This document shows, piece after piece, positions 1-9,774 of a DNA stretch of 47,923 nt. A program made the position numbers and the translations under genes. The notes beneath the pieces are model-generated. The model ran no database searches. It worked only from the letters and a program-made list of their open reading frames with translations, and was not told where the DNA came from. Within the stretch, counting starts at the first letter, position 1. Each line of letters opens with the position of its first letter. Source of the stretch: an uncultured Bacilli bacterium (GTDB taxonomy: Bacteria > Bacillota_I > Bacilli_A > RF39 > UBA660); the NCBI GenBank assembly GCA_947600335.1, contig CANQGB010000003.1, forward strand, positions 1 through 47,923, given 5' to 3'.

Positions 1-55
1 CACACGCAAACCCTTATAAATAAAGGAAAAAATAGAAAAGTGTCTTCACTGCACT
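1..55. mobile_element. Putative end of an inserted element (IS-like) interrupting the ABC ATPase gene; family not assignable
   Basis: The ATPase frame reads QRVALIRTLAL from nt 56. Codons upstream do not encode the expected LSGGM(R/K) and hit TAA at 17-19. The segment contains the imperfect palindrome CCTTATAAATAAAGG. Confidence 0.45.
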
Positions 56-397
56 CAAAGAGTAGCCTTAATTAGAACTTTAGCTTTAAATCCTAACATT
101 CTTTTACTAGATGAACCATTTAATGCTTTAGATTATCAAAGTAGGCTGGCGGTTAGTAACGATGTGTATGAAATAATTAAAAACGAAAATCAAACAGCTA
201 TTATGGTTACTCACGATTTAGCCGAAGCTATTAGTATGGCCGACAAAATATATGTCTTATCTAAAAGACCTTGTCGCATAAAAAAATATTATGATATCCA
301 TTTAGAAAACAAACAAGACCCCATCACTAACCGAAAAGATAAAAAATTTATGGAATACTATGACCAAATATGGAAAGATTTAGATATCAATGTCTAA
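56..397 (+). pseudogene. 3' part of a NitT/TauT-family ABC transporter ATP-binding protein, disconnected from its 5' half
   Basis: In-frame QRVALIRTLALNPNILLLDEPFNALD (Walker B, D-loop), then VTHD (H-loop). The ORF-track call 164..397 is only its tail. Overlaps the permease start. Confidence 0.75.
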
Positions 398-1178
398 AGA
401 ACATAAACTATATTTAAAAAAGATTAAAAACAATAAAATAATTGTTGTAAGTATTCAAATTTTTATTGCAATCGGCTTTATCATTCTTTGGCAAGTCTTA
501 TCCGACCATAAAATTATAAATCCCTTTATCTTTTCTAGTCCTAAAAAAATATTAGAAACTACTATCTCTTTATATCATAAATATAATTTAATCGACCATA
601 TTATAACAACTTTATATGAAACTATAATTGCCTTTTCTTTAGGAATTGGTCTTGGTTTTATTATCGCAATACTTCTTTATGAATGCAAAACTTTAGCTAA
701 AATAGTCGACCCTTTTTTAACGATGATAAATAGTTTACCTAAAGTAGCTTTAGGACCTATCATCATTATCTGGTGTGGAGCTAATACTAAATCAATTATT
801 GTTATGGCTTTACTTATTAATTTGATAATCAGTATTATTACAATTTACAATGGTTTCTTAAATACCGACAATTACAAAATTAAATTATTAAAATCTTTTA
901 AAGCTAGTAAATTGCAAATTTTAACTAAAGTTGTTATTCCTGAATCTTTTAGTACAATTATTTCATCATTAAAAATAAATATTGCTATGTCTTTAATCGG
1001 AATAATAATGGGTGAATTCTTAGTTAGTAAAAAAGGTCTAGGTTATCTCATTATTTATGGAACACAAGTATTCAATTTAAATATTGTTATGAGTGGCATT
1101 ATCATTTTAATTTTTATTTCATTTATTCTTTATGAAATAATGAATCTTTTAGAAAAAATCTTAATCAAAAACAAATAA
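390..1178 (+). CDS. NitT/TauT-family ABC transporter permease (BPD_transp_1)
   Basis: Multiple TM segments, PKVALGP motif, EAA-like loop, GEFLVSKKGLGYLI. Confidence 0.9.
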   Translation: MSKEHKLYLKKIKNNKIIVVSIQIFIAIGFIILWQVLSDHKIINPFIFSSPKKILETTISLYHKYNLIDHIITTLYETIIAFSLGIGLGFIIAILLYECKTLAKIVDPFLTMINSLPKVALGPIIIIWCGANTKSIIVMALLINLIISIITIYNGFLNTDNYKIKLLKSFKASKLQILTKVVIPESFSTIISSLKINIAMSLIGIIMGEFLVSKKGLGYLIIYGTQVFNLNIVMSGIIILIFISFILYEIMNLLEKILIKNK

Positions 1179-1207
1179 CCATGTCTAAAAAGCATGGTCT
1201 TTTTCTT
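1178..1207. terminator. Intrinsic terminator between convergent genes
   Basis: ACCATG...CATGGT hairpin followed by a T-rich run. Confidence 0.6.
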
Positions 1208-2095
1208 TTAATTATTAACTTTAATATCGCCACAATTGTTTTCTATTTTTAATGTAATATCAGATTTATTAAAATTATTGTTAATAGCTATTTTTCCTAA
1301 ATCGGTTTTCGCATCAATAAATATCTCATTGGTATTTCCAATTTTTATATCGCCATAGTCATCTTTAATGGAGGAATCTTTCTTTAAATTAACATTATTT
1401 ATTTCTATCTTACCACAGTTATTTTCTAAATTAAGATAGTTATTAACTGCGTTAATTTTTATATCACCATAACTATTTTTAACTGTTACATCATTTACAT
1501 TAGTAATTTTCACATCGCCACAATCTTCATTTATGTTAGACACATTAGCTTTTTCTATTTCGATATCACCATAATTGTTCTCTACATCAACTATATTGCC
1601 ACCTAGTATTTTAACATCGCCACAGTCTTCTTCTACATTGATATCTGTACTTAAAAATTCATCAACAAAAATATCGCCATAGTCATTTTTAATATTAATA
1701 TTGCCATTAAAATTTTCGGGTAAATAAATTTCGATTCGCGCACTTTTTTGGTTAAAACAAAAACCTATACAACTTTTTTCATTGGCTTGCACCTTCAAAA
1801 TATCCAAACTAGTTTCTACCTTAATATAATCTGGTTCGCCATAAACTATCGCCCTAATGTTTTCGGTATCAGACTTTTTTATTACAATCTCACTTGTAGT
1901 GGAATCTATTATAATTTTATTAAATGATTCTTCATAAGTTTTATCTAGTACCAATTCCTTACTACTTTGTAAGCCAAATCTAAAACCTTTAAATTTAAAA
2001 TCACTTTGTAACAAACCAACAAAAAATATCGAAAGAGCTATCAAAATAATAGTTAATACAATAATTAAAGCTATAATTCCCTTTCTACTTTTCAT
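1208..2095 (-). CDS. Membrane-anchored DUF4097-family beta-strand repeat protein
   Basis: N-terminal TM, then repeated (N/D)xYGDI / DCGDV units. Overlaps the upstream XRE gene. Confidence 0.8.
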   Translation of the reverse strand: MKSRKGIIALIIVLTIILIALSIFFVGLLQSDFKFKGFRFGLQSSKELVLDKTYEESFNKIIIDSTTSEIVIKKSDTENIRAIVYGEPDYIKVETSLDILKVQANEKSCIGFCFNQKSARIEIYLPENFNGNINIKNDYGDIFVDEFLSTDINVEEDCGDVKILGGNIVDVENNYGDIEIEKANVSNINEDCGDVKITNVNDVTVKNSYGDIKINAVNNYLNLENNCGKIEINNVNLKKDSSIKDDYGDIKIGNTNEIFIDAKTDLGKIAINNNFNKSDITLKIENNCGDIKVNN

Positions 2096-2732
2096 CTTTG
2101 GAACTCCTTAACATAAATATTAATTTGAGAATTTCTTCAAATAAGCCAAATAAAACCCATATTATCCAAGTTAAATGCCAGGCCATTGTTTTAAAACTAA
2201 TAATTAAGTATATAATTGTTACGATTATGGCCACTATATGGGAAATCTGATTTCTTAATTTATCCATATCTGTTTCTTCAGGAGTTTTTACTTTTTTATA
2301 TCTAATACACACATAAATTATTATACCTGTTGCTATTCCACAAATAAGTAAGAATATAGAAGATGCTACGATAGGATTCATATTCATTACTGGAATTGCA
2401 ATCATTATCCATACAACAGATAGAAAAAACAATCCTACACTAATAGCTATTCCTTTAGCTTTCTTACCCGTCTTAAATCTTTCATCTTCTAAATCACCAT
2501 GAGATTCAGCATTTTTAGAAATTTCCTTGTCCTTTAACTCAATAAATAATTCATTTGGGGTAATGCCATACAATTCACACAAAGGAGCCACTTTATCTAA
2601 ATCAGGCATACTTTGGTCGGTTTCCCACTTGGAAACTGTTTGTCTTGTTACATTTAATTTTTCTGCTACTTCTTCTTGAGATAATTTTATATTCTTTCGC
2701 AATTTATATAATCTTTCGCCTAAATTATTCAA
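2085..2732 (-). CDS. XRE-family HTH regulator fused to four TM helices
   Basis: LSQEEVAEKLNVTRQTVSKWETD helix-turn-helix. Probable TTG start at 2732 after GAGGTG; the ORF track starts at 2762. Confidence 0.85.
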   Translation of the reverse strand: MNNLGERLYKLRKNIKLSQEEVAEKLNVTRQTVSKWETDQSMPDLDKVAPLCELYGITPNELFIELKDKEISKNAESHGDLEDERFKTGKKAKGIAISVGLFFLSVVWIMIAIPVMNMNPIVASSIFLLICGIATGIIIYVCIRYKKVKTPEETDMDKLRNQISHIVAIIVTIIYLIISFKTMAWHLTWIIWVLFGLFEEILKLIFMLRSSKDEK

Positions 2733-2840
2733 TTTTCTCACCTCATGCCTTGAATTATACATTTTATTTTAGTTACATTCTACCTGTTTAAGTTGGAAAT
2801 TTGTCAACTAACATTAACATTTCAGCTTTTCTTACCTAAA

Positions 2841-3887
2841 TTACATTTTATTTATATATTCCTTCAAAGCTAATGGTACATATCTTGGACCCCTAATAGC
2901 CCTTATTCCTAAATCATTCAATTTTTTAAAAGACAATTTATCTTTTTCATATCTAGTTATTAATGTTATTTTCATCGCTCTTTGTATTTTTATATTTTCA
3001 TCTTGATAATCATAAGGCATATTTACTTCTTTGACTTTAAACTTATACATAATTGCTGAATAAGGTTCGGCCACATATATATAAACAATATCCCCTATTT
3101 TAATATCTGTACTTTGTTTCCACATTATTGTCTTATTCTCTTTTAAGGCTTTCTCAATATCAAAATACTTGGGATTAGCCGGAATTATCCACTCATTTTT
3201 TACACAATATTTATTTGTAACGGTGGTAAATGCATGACTCTTCTCAATTAAACTTAATATCAATTCATCAGTTGAAGTATCATCCAATATAATTGAAATC
3301 CAACTTTTCTTATTCATATGATAAGCCGGATAAAAGCCATCCAACTTTAATAAACCTTCTATCTCCCCAGGTTCTAGTTTTATGTTAATTATCTCTATTT
3401 CGCCCTTAGCTTTTTTATCTAATTTATTTTTATCAAGATTCATGATTATGCCATACCATTTTTTACTATCTTGATTTTTAAAAGTAGCATACCCAGGAAA
3501 CTTTTCCCATTCAAATTCAGGCTCATCCCCATACTTATCTTTTATGGCTTTGGCTATTCTGTTAGATTGTTCATAGATAAAATCTTCTTTAATAAAACAA
3601 TTATCTTTAATATCTTTTAAAATGTTTTCAAATTCTTCTTTCACACGACTAGCAAAAGAACCGATAGTACCTTCCACCCGAAAATTAGTATATTCTTCAC
3701 CAAATGCTAAATCATAAACTTTACCCTTAATTATACCGGCATTATTTATTTCAATATCCACTCTAAAACTATTATCCATGATATTTTTAGAATACTTATA
3801 TGAAGATTTATCTTTTTTAAATCCATATTCAATGATTTTATTAACATCCATTTTTGTCCTTCTAAATAATTCTTCTTCCATAGTCAT
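2841..3887 (-). CDS. MmcQ/YjbR-family DNA-binding protein with C-terminal EVE-like domain
   Basis: PAYHMNKKSWISI (MmcQ/YjbR motif). C-terminal WIIPANPKYFD...WKQ...GDIVYIY...IRGPR is EVE/PUA-like. Confidence 0.75.
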   Translation of the reverse strand: MTMEEELFRRTKMDVNKIIEYGFKKDKSSYKYSKNIMDNSFRVDIEINNAGIIKGKVYDLAFGEEYTNFRVEGTIGSFASRVKEEFENILKDIKDNCFIKEDFIYEQSNRIAKAIKDKYGDEPEFEWEKFPGYATFKNQDSKKWYGIIMNLDKNKLDKKAKGEIEIINIKLEPGEIEGLLKLDGFYPAYHMNKKSWISIILDDTSTDELILSLIEKSHAFTTVTNKYCVKNEWIIPANPKYFDIEKALKENKTIMWKQSTDIKIGDIVYIYVAEPYSAIMYKFKVKEVNMPYDYQDENIKIQRAMKITLITRYEKDKLSFKKLNDLGIRAIRGPRYVPLALKEYINKM

Positions 3888-3916
3888 CTTATCTTACTCC
3901 TAAAAATTATCGTTCA

Positions 3917-4936
3917 TTATTCTATTAGTTTAATGTTTTGAGTTTCCACTAATAATTCATCAAAATCAGATATATATTTTTTATCCTGTACAACCCTATA
4001 TTTTTCATATTCAGCAAGTGCTAATTTATCGGCTATTTCTCTTGTAACTTTACCATTATCTTTCAAAATGTTATATTCATTTAAATTTAAGAACATTTCT
4101 AACTTATCTTTCCATTCTTGCATAGATATAATATGACCTAATTTCACTTGTCGCTCGGCAAAATCTAAATACATAGATACAAGATTATTTAGTTCTTTAA
4201 TTTCATCTTGAGTTAAATAATTTTTAGCCACTACAACATCAGTTTCCAATATTTTACCATCAGGAGCATTTTTCCAAGTTTGAAGCCCCATATTATCTTT
4301 TTGTGAATCAACTCGTGCTTTTATAATTTCCGGTGCAGTCTTTCCAGTAATAGCAAAATGTAGTTTATTTTGAACATTTTTATAAAACTCTTTCGTAATT
4401 TCACTATTTTTATCATAATCATAACTACACTCTTTATAAATATCGGTAATTTTTTGATAAAATCTTCTTTCACTAGCTCTAATTTCTTTAATTTTAATTA
4501 ATAATTCATCAAAGTAATCTTTACCAAATTTTGGTCCATTCTTTAATAATTCGGTATTTAAAACAAATCCTTTTTTAATATATTCCTTTAAAGTATTAGT
4601 TGCCCAGATTCTAAAATCTGTTGCTTCTTTTGAATTAACCCGATAGCCGACTGCAATAATAGCATCTAAGCTATAAAAATCATACTCACGCTCAACATTA
4701 CGATTTCCCTCTTTTTGAACTTGTCGAATTTTTCGATTAGTTGCACTTTTTATTAATTCTTTTGAATTATATATTTCATTCAAATGATAACTGATTGTAT
4801 TAGGCTTAACATTAAATAACTCAGCCATTGTTTTTTGAGTTAGCCAAAAATCTTCATTGTCATATAAAACTTCAATAGTTTTATTATTATTTTGACTTTG
4901 ATATAATACTAGTTCTTTTAAATTTTCAATCTTCAT
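3917..4936 (-). CDS. rhuM: RhuM-family protein
   Basis: WLTQKTMAELF, YSLDAIIAVGYRVNS, FRIWAT, DYFDELL..IRASERRFYQKITDIY, VQNKLHFAITG. Confidence 0.9.
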   Translation of the reverse strand: MKIENLKELVLYQSQNNNKTIEVLYDNEDFWLTQKTMAELFNVKPNTISYHLNEIYNSKELIKSATNRKIRQVQKEGNRNVEREYDFYSLDAIIAVGYRVNSKEATDFRIWATNTLKEYIKKGFVLNTELLKNGPKFGKDYFDELLIKIKEIRASERRFYQKITDIYKECSYDYDKNSEITKEFYKNVQNKLHFAITGKTAPEIIKARVDSQKDNMGLQTWKNAPDGKILETDVVVAKNYLTQDEIKELNNLVSMYLDFAERQVKLGHIISMQEWKDKLEMFLNLNEYNILKDNGKVTREIADKLALAEYEKYRVVQDKKYISDFDELLVETQNIKLIE

Positions 4937-5096
4937 ACTAAAATCCCCTCTAAAATGTTAATATTTATTTATCTTCAACAACAGTATACATATTATAAAA
5001 CATTATTTCAATTTTTTAAATTATAGCACGTACATCACTAATCTTCCAAATATTTATCGCCATTTTAAAATAATTGTTTTAAATAATAAATTCATG

Positions 5097-5125
5097 AAAA
5101 AATCCTAATTTTCTTTAGGATTTTT
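5097..5125 (-). terminator. Intrinsic terminator after the small HTH gene
   Basis: AAAAATCCTA-N8-TAGGATTTTT inverted repeat. Confidence 0.6.
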
Positions 5126-5186
5126 AACTAAAAATATCTTTATTAAACATTTATTTAGAAAGTTAAATACATTCAATTATAATTTT

Positions 5187-5465
5187 TTATTTCTTAGAAA
5201 CCTTACTATATTTTAATAAATCACTAACATCACATTGTAATACAAAAGCTATCCGAGCAAGCATATCTAAATCAATTCTTGTAACTTTATTATTATAATA
5301 ACGATTAACTAAATCATAATTAGTAGCAATCATATTACATAACTTATTTCTACTTATTCCTTTTTTATCAAGAATCTCTTTTAAATTTATTTCAATTTTT
5401 CCATAATCTCTTAAAATATACACACTATCATTCATAAGCATATTCCTTTCCAAATTATTATTCAT
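5187..5465 (-). CDS. Small Cro/C1-type (HTH_26, YozG-like) regulator
   Basis: LKEILDKKGISRNKL...RIDLDMLARIAFVLQCDVSDLL. Confidence 0.8.
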   Translation of the reverse strand: MNNNLERNMLMNDSVYILRDYGKIEINLKEILDKKGISRNKLCNMIATNYDLVNRYYNNKVTRIDLDMLARIAFVLQCDVSDLLKYSKVSKK

Positions 5466-5635
5466 TATTAGAATATAAAATATACTTATATTATAATTTT
5501 TTTATAATAAAAATACATTTCCCTAAAAAACTATATATAAAATATATTAAGCATATATATTTGTGCAAAATTCTATATATATTTATTATTTATATATTTT
5601 TATATAAATTTTTCATTTAAAATTATCCGAAATAA

Positions 5636-5644
5636 TGCTATAAT
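5636..5644 (+). promoter_or_regulatory. Extended -10 promoter upstream of the 5825 gene
   Basis: TGCTATAAT matches TGnTATAAT. Confidence 0.55.
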
Positions 5645-5824
5645 ACTATTAAGAGTAAAGGAGGTATTTATTAGATTAAAAAATCTTTTAACTGCATTAA
5701 CACTCTTTATAATAAGATATTATATAAAAATGCAGTATTAAATATGTTCATCTATTTCCCAATATATTTATAATAGATGCAACAACAATAACTAATGTGA
5801 TGTACATAAGCGTAGGAGGTATTT

Positions 5825-7204
5825 ATGAACAATTCTAACAATCCATTTAACAATAACAATAGAATTACACCACAACAACCAAATAATAATCTGAATGGGA
5901 ATATAACATCTACACCATTACAAAGTAGTACATTAAATCAAAATAATATTCCAAGTCAACCAACTAATAATTTTAATCAAAAAAATAGTGAGTATTCATC
6001 TAATAACCTAAATAATATGAATTCTACTCCGATTAATAACATAAATAATATGAACCCTAAGACTGTTAATACTATGTCTATTAATCAACAAACAAATCCC
6101 CAACAATTTCAAAATTTGAACAATAATTTGCAAAATCAATCATCAAACCCTAATTTTAATGATGAAGATTTATTAAAAGCATTTATTGGAAACAACTATG
6201 ATAAAATTAATCCTAAAACATTTAATTTTGCTGGATTCTTTTTTACGACATTTTATATGTTTTATAGAAAAATGTTTTTATATAGTATCCTTTTAGTCAT
6301 AGTTAATTTAATAATATCAAATTTTATTATTCGAAAAAGTACTGTTGCATATATAATTGTCACAATTTTATTCGGAATAATAATTGGTCTTTTTGTTAAT
6401 AAAATTTATATATATTATGCCAAGAAAAAAATTGCCAAAATAAAATTAGAAAATCCTCAAAAAAATCTGGAAGAACTAAAAAATATTTGTTCTACTAAAG
6501 GTGGAACCAGCTTTATAACCATGTTTTTAGGAATTGGTGCTCAACTAGGTATTGCCTTAATTATGATTATAATTATGATGTTTATGGGCTTAAATAGTTT
6601 ATTTAGTCCTAACATTAACGATAACAATAATAGTGCAAATGATAAAGATTCAACAAACACAGGAACTTTAGTAGAAAACGTAACCATTAGTGGTTATTCT
6701 TGCTTTGGCACAAAATGTACTATTTCAATTGAAGACTCAAATGGGACTATGACTAATTATGTAATGAATTCAGATGATGGAGAATTTTTTAATACTTTAA
6801 GTGACTATACAGATTATATTAAAGTCAATATATATTACACATCTAAAGGAAATGAAAAAACTATTTCTAGCTATAAAATATATTTAAAATCAAATAATGA
6901 AGATATAAGTTCTATAAAAACTGAAAATGAATTAAGAGATAAAATAGGACTATATTCTATAGGTACTCATACAGATACATTTACTCTAAAAAAAATAGGA
7001 ACACCCGGTTTTGGTTATAAAGACAACGTTCCCTATACTTATACCACTTATATATTTGTTGATAATCAAAATGTAGAATATGAAATGAAATATATTAATT
7101 CAAATGGTACTCTAAATTTAACTGTTGGTAACAAATATACCGTAACTTTTGAAGTAACTGAAAATACATTTGATTATGAATTTAATATTAAATCAGTTAA
7201 ATAA
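5825..7204 (+). CDS. DUF2628-type membrane protein with N/Q-rich N-terminus and probable extracellular C-terminal domain
   Basis: Strong RBS AGGAGG. LLKAFIGNNYDKI..FNFAGFFF...YRKM is the DUF2628 pattern. Three to four TM segments. Confidence 0.7.
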   Translation: MNNSNNPFNNNNRITPQQPNNNLNGNITSTPLQSSTLNQNNIPSQPTNNFNQKNSEYSSNNLNNMNSTPINNINNMNPKTVNTMSINQQTNPQQFQNLNNNLQNQSSNPNFNDEDLLKAFIGNNYDKINPKTFNFAGFFFTTFYMFYRKMFLYSILLVIVNLIISNFIIRKSTVAYIIVTILFGIIIGLFVNKIYIYYAKKKIAKIKLENPQKNLEELKNICSTKGGTSFITMFLGIGAQLGIALIMIIIMMFMGLNSLFSPNINDNNNSANDKDSTNTGTLVENVTISGYSCFGTKCTISIEDSNGTMTNYVMNSDDGEFFNTLSDYTDYIKVNIYYTSKGNEKTISSYKIYLKSNNEDISSIKTENELRDKIGLYSIGTHTDTFTLKKIGTPGFGYKDNVPYTYTTYIFVDNQNVEYEMKYINSNGTLNLTVGNKYTVTFEVTENTFDYEFNIKSVK

Positions 7205-7209
7205 ATATG

Positions 7210-7244
7210 ATACCCCTAATCCACAAAATTAGAGGTATTTTTTT
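7210..7244. terminator. Intrinsic terminator between convergent genes
   Basis: ATACCCCTAAT-N7-ATTAGAGGTAT followed by a T run. Confidence 0.65.
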
Positions 7245-7259
7245 GTCCAAAATTTAACT

Positions 7260-7766
7260 TTAAGCTATTACAAACGCAATCGTATTACAAATAACTCCAA
7301 TCAAAAACATTACCCCTGTAAACAAATCAGTTTTATCTCTTTCTATTTTATAACGGCTTAAAAAAGTAATACAGTTATAAGCACATAATAAACTAACAAC
7401 CGATGTCATAGAAGTATCTTTAAAAAATGAGATTATTACTAAAATAATCGAAAATAAAGCCATGCCAATAACACCATATTTCATCGATTTTAAATGCACT
7501 AACTCTGTTAATTTGATAATATTCTCTTCACTCTTTTTAGCTATATCTTTTTCTTCTATCTTCTCTCCAGCGAGAATCTCATTAATACTTACATCTAATA
7601 TTTCACTAAGCGGTTTAAGTAAAGACATATCCATTAAACATAATCCTCTTTCCCACTTACTTACTGCATTTTTAGTAATTCCCAATTTCTCGGCTAATTC
7701 CTCTTGTGTTAATTCTTTTAATTTTCTTTGCTTCGCAATAAACTTGCCAATTTTTTCTTGATTCAT
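7260..7766 (-). CDS. XRE-family HTH regulator with three C-terminal TM helices
   Basis: MNQEKIGKFIA...LTQEELAEKLGITKNAVSKWERG. ATG at 7766 follows GGGAG. Confidence 0.85.
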   Translation of the reverse strand: MNQEKIGKFIAKQRKLKELTQEELAEKLGITKNAVSKWERGLCLMDMSLLKPLSEILDVSINEILAGEKIEEKDIAKKSEENIIKLTELVHLKSMKYGVIGMALFSIILVIISFFKDTSMTSVVSLLCAYNCITFLSRYKIERDKTDLFTGVMFLIGVICNTIAFVIA

Positions 7767-7842
7767 AAATTTTCTCCCTTCGAGAAAAACTATACCATTC
7801 ATAACTTACTATTTAAACATACTAATGGTTTACCCTTATTCT

Positions 7843-8343
7843 TTAATCAACTTGTTTATAGGCCATTTTTTCTATATATGTTTTTTTCCTATTATTTTCC
7901 CATATTCCATAACTAAAACCAACAATCATAAAAATATATTGTATTCCATTATCTTTTATAAAACCATAAATTATAAAGCCAACAATTATAATCATGGCCA
8001 AAGTTAATTCTAAAAAATGGTCTTTATCCCATTTATTACTAAAATATTTAATCTTTTCTTGTAAAGTAAATGAACTATTTTCTAATGCCTTAAATAAATT
8101 ATCATCAGCTTGCTCTCTAAACATTTCTTCCTTAATTTTTTCACCCGCAAAAAATTCATTTAAAGTTATTCCTAAAACATTGCATAATTTTTTATATAAA
8201 GATACATCTGGTAAACATATACCATTTTCCCACCGACTTACAGACTTATTAGTTACGCCTAACTTTTCTGCCAATTGTTCTTGCGTTAATTTTTGTTCTT
8301 TTCTTAAAATCGCGATAAAATTACCAATTTTTTCTTGGTCCAT
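7843..8343 (-). CDS. XRE-family HTH regulator with two C-terminal TM helices
   Basis: MDQEKIGNFIA...LTQEQLAEKLGVTNKSVSRWENG. RBS AGGAG. Confidence 0.85.
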   Translation of the reverse strand: MDQEKIGNFIAILRKEQKLTQEQLAEKLGVTNKSVSRWENGICLPDVSLYKKLCNVLGITLNEFFAGEKIKEEMFREQADDNLFKALENSSFTLQEKIKYFSNKWDKDHFLELTLAMIIIVGFIIYGFIKDNGIQYIFMIVGFSYGIWENNRKKTYIEKMAYKQVD

Positions 8344-8433
8344 AATTTTACTCCTTCCTAAAAAAGATTATATATAAATACTCAAGCAATTAACAGGACA
8401 CCAAACGAGAGTTTTACCAAATTTAAATTTATT

Positions 8434-9288
8434 TTATGTATTCTTTAACTTTTCATTCGCTCTAATAATCATAAATATAGACATAGCAGTATTTATTAAA
8501 CATGCCACAAATCCCATTATGCTAGTTGTTATCATTTTAAACTCACTATCATTTGTACCAAATTGGGATACCATTGCCACTTCCAGAGAAATCATCGAAA
8601 TCATCGCCACAGTTAAATTAACACATTTACTTGCGGCTAAAATGGGTCTTTTATCTTTTCGATATTTAATCACATTTATAATTGCAGTTATTATTAAATA
8701 AAAATCATAAATAGCAACCAGATAAATAATAAATCCGGCATAAGTAATTTCTTGATTTTGTTTAATAATTAAAATAATCATTCCTGACAATATTAAATTT
8801 AAAAATAAAAGTATTATCCCTGTTAATTTAAGTTTTTTGTATTCATTATTTAAATTTTGACCAATTTCATTTTTAATGTCTTTCACAATAGATAACTTCA
8901 TTAAGCATAAAACTAAGTAGTAAACTGCAAATATAATAAACCACCAAGACATATAGTATATTCCTGTTCCTAACTTTAAAATACCATAAATGAAATGAAA
9001 GAAAGTAGCAACCGCTAGATTAAACTTTGTTATTAAAATTTCTTGTTCTTTATAAAAAACATAAGGCTTAGAGTTTTTAATTATCTTATTACTAAATTTA
9101 CATATTTTCCAAAACCAAATACAAAACATAATTAAAGCATAGGTCGATAAAAGATAACTTATATAAGCAAGAGGTGTATTTTCTAAATGACAACTAAAAA
9201 CATAAATAAGCAAACCAAAAGCCAAGTTAAATAGTATGAATCCAATTATTTTATTGGGCCAAAATAATTTGTTTAATATTTTTTTCAT
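8434..9288 (-). CDS. Polytopic membrane protein of unknown function
   Basis: About eight hydrophobic segments. RBS GAGGTG. Confidence 0.7.
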   Translation of the reverse strand: MKKILNKLFWPNKIIGFILFNLAFGLLIYVFSCHLENTPLAYISYLLSTYALIMFCIWFWKICKFSNKIIKNSKPYVFYKEQEILITKFNLAVATFFHFIYGILKLGTGIYYMSWWFIIFAVYYLVLCLMKLSIVKDIKNEIGQNLNNEYKKLKLTGIILLFLNLILSGMIILIIKQNQEITYAGFIIYLVAIYDFYLIITAIINVIKYRKDKRPILAASKCVNLTVAMISMISLEVAMVSQFGTNDSEFKMITTSIMGFVACLINTAMSIFMIIRANEKLKNT

Positions 9289-9355
9289 AACTTCACCTCT
9301 ATCTATATAATACCATTAAATAAAAAAAAGGAAGAATATTCTTCCAAGTAAATAA

Positions 9356-9751
9356 TTAATCTTTATTACTTTTTAAATATGAATAAATTGGATAATTAAG
9401 TACACAAATAAGTAAACCAACAATCCCAGTAGCAATACCGATTATTAAATCAGTTTGAGTTGGATTGCCTACCATTACTTTACTCATACCAAAGCCCATT
9501 ACTAATGCCCCAACTATACCAATAAACCATGTAAATACAATTCCCCAATTTATCGGGGCATGTTCTTTTTTAGGGTGACTACTACGATACACTGGAATAA
9601 TACAAAGAAGAATAATAAATCCTAAAATTGCTACTACAACACCTGCCTTAAATAAGTTCCACTCCGGTATTAAACACATCGTCAAACCTATTGCAAATAC
9701 TAAACCACCAATAGTTCCTAAAATTATTTCTAATAAAGTTTCTTTTTTCAT
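9356..9751 (-). CDS. Four-TM membrane protein with an internal two-fold repeat
   Basis: Two similar halves: GGLVFAIGLTM...G.VVAILG.II and GALVMGFGMSK...GIATGIVGLLI. Confidence 0.75.
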   Translation of the reverse strand: MKKETLLEIILGTIGGLVFAIGLTMCLIPEWNLFKAGVVVAILGFIILLCIIPVYRSSHPKKEHAPINWGIVFTWFIGIVGALVMGFGMSKVMVGNPTQTDLIIGIATGIVGLLICVLNYPIYSYLKSNKD

Positions 9752-9774
9752 TAGTTATCTCTATACTCCTTTAT

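Noticed and set aside
5480-5620. Extremely AT-rich tract as an origin or repeat array
   Set aside because: No DnaA boxes, iterons or periodicity; consistent with a divergent promoter region.
7462-8701. Plus-strand ORFs 7462..7761, 7728..7916, 7825..8007, 7994..8377 and 8519..8701
   Set aside because: Antisense to well-supported genes, with no RBS or recognisable motif.
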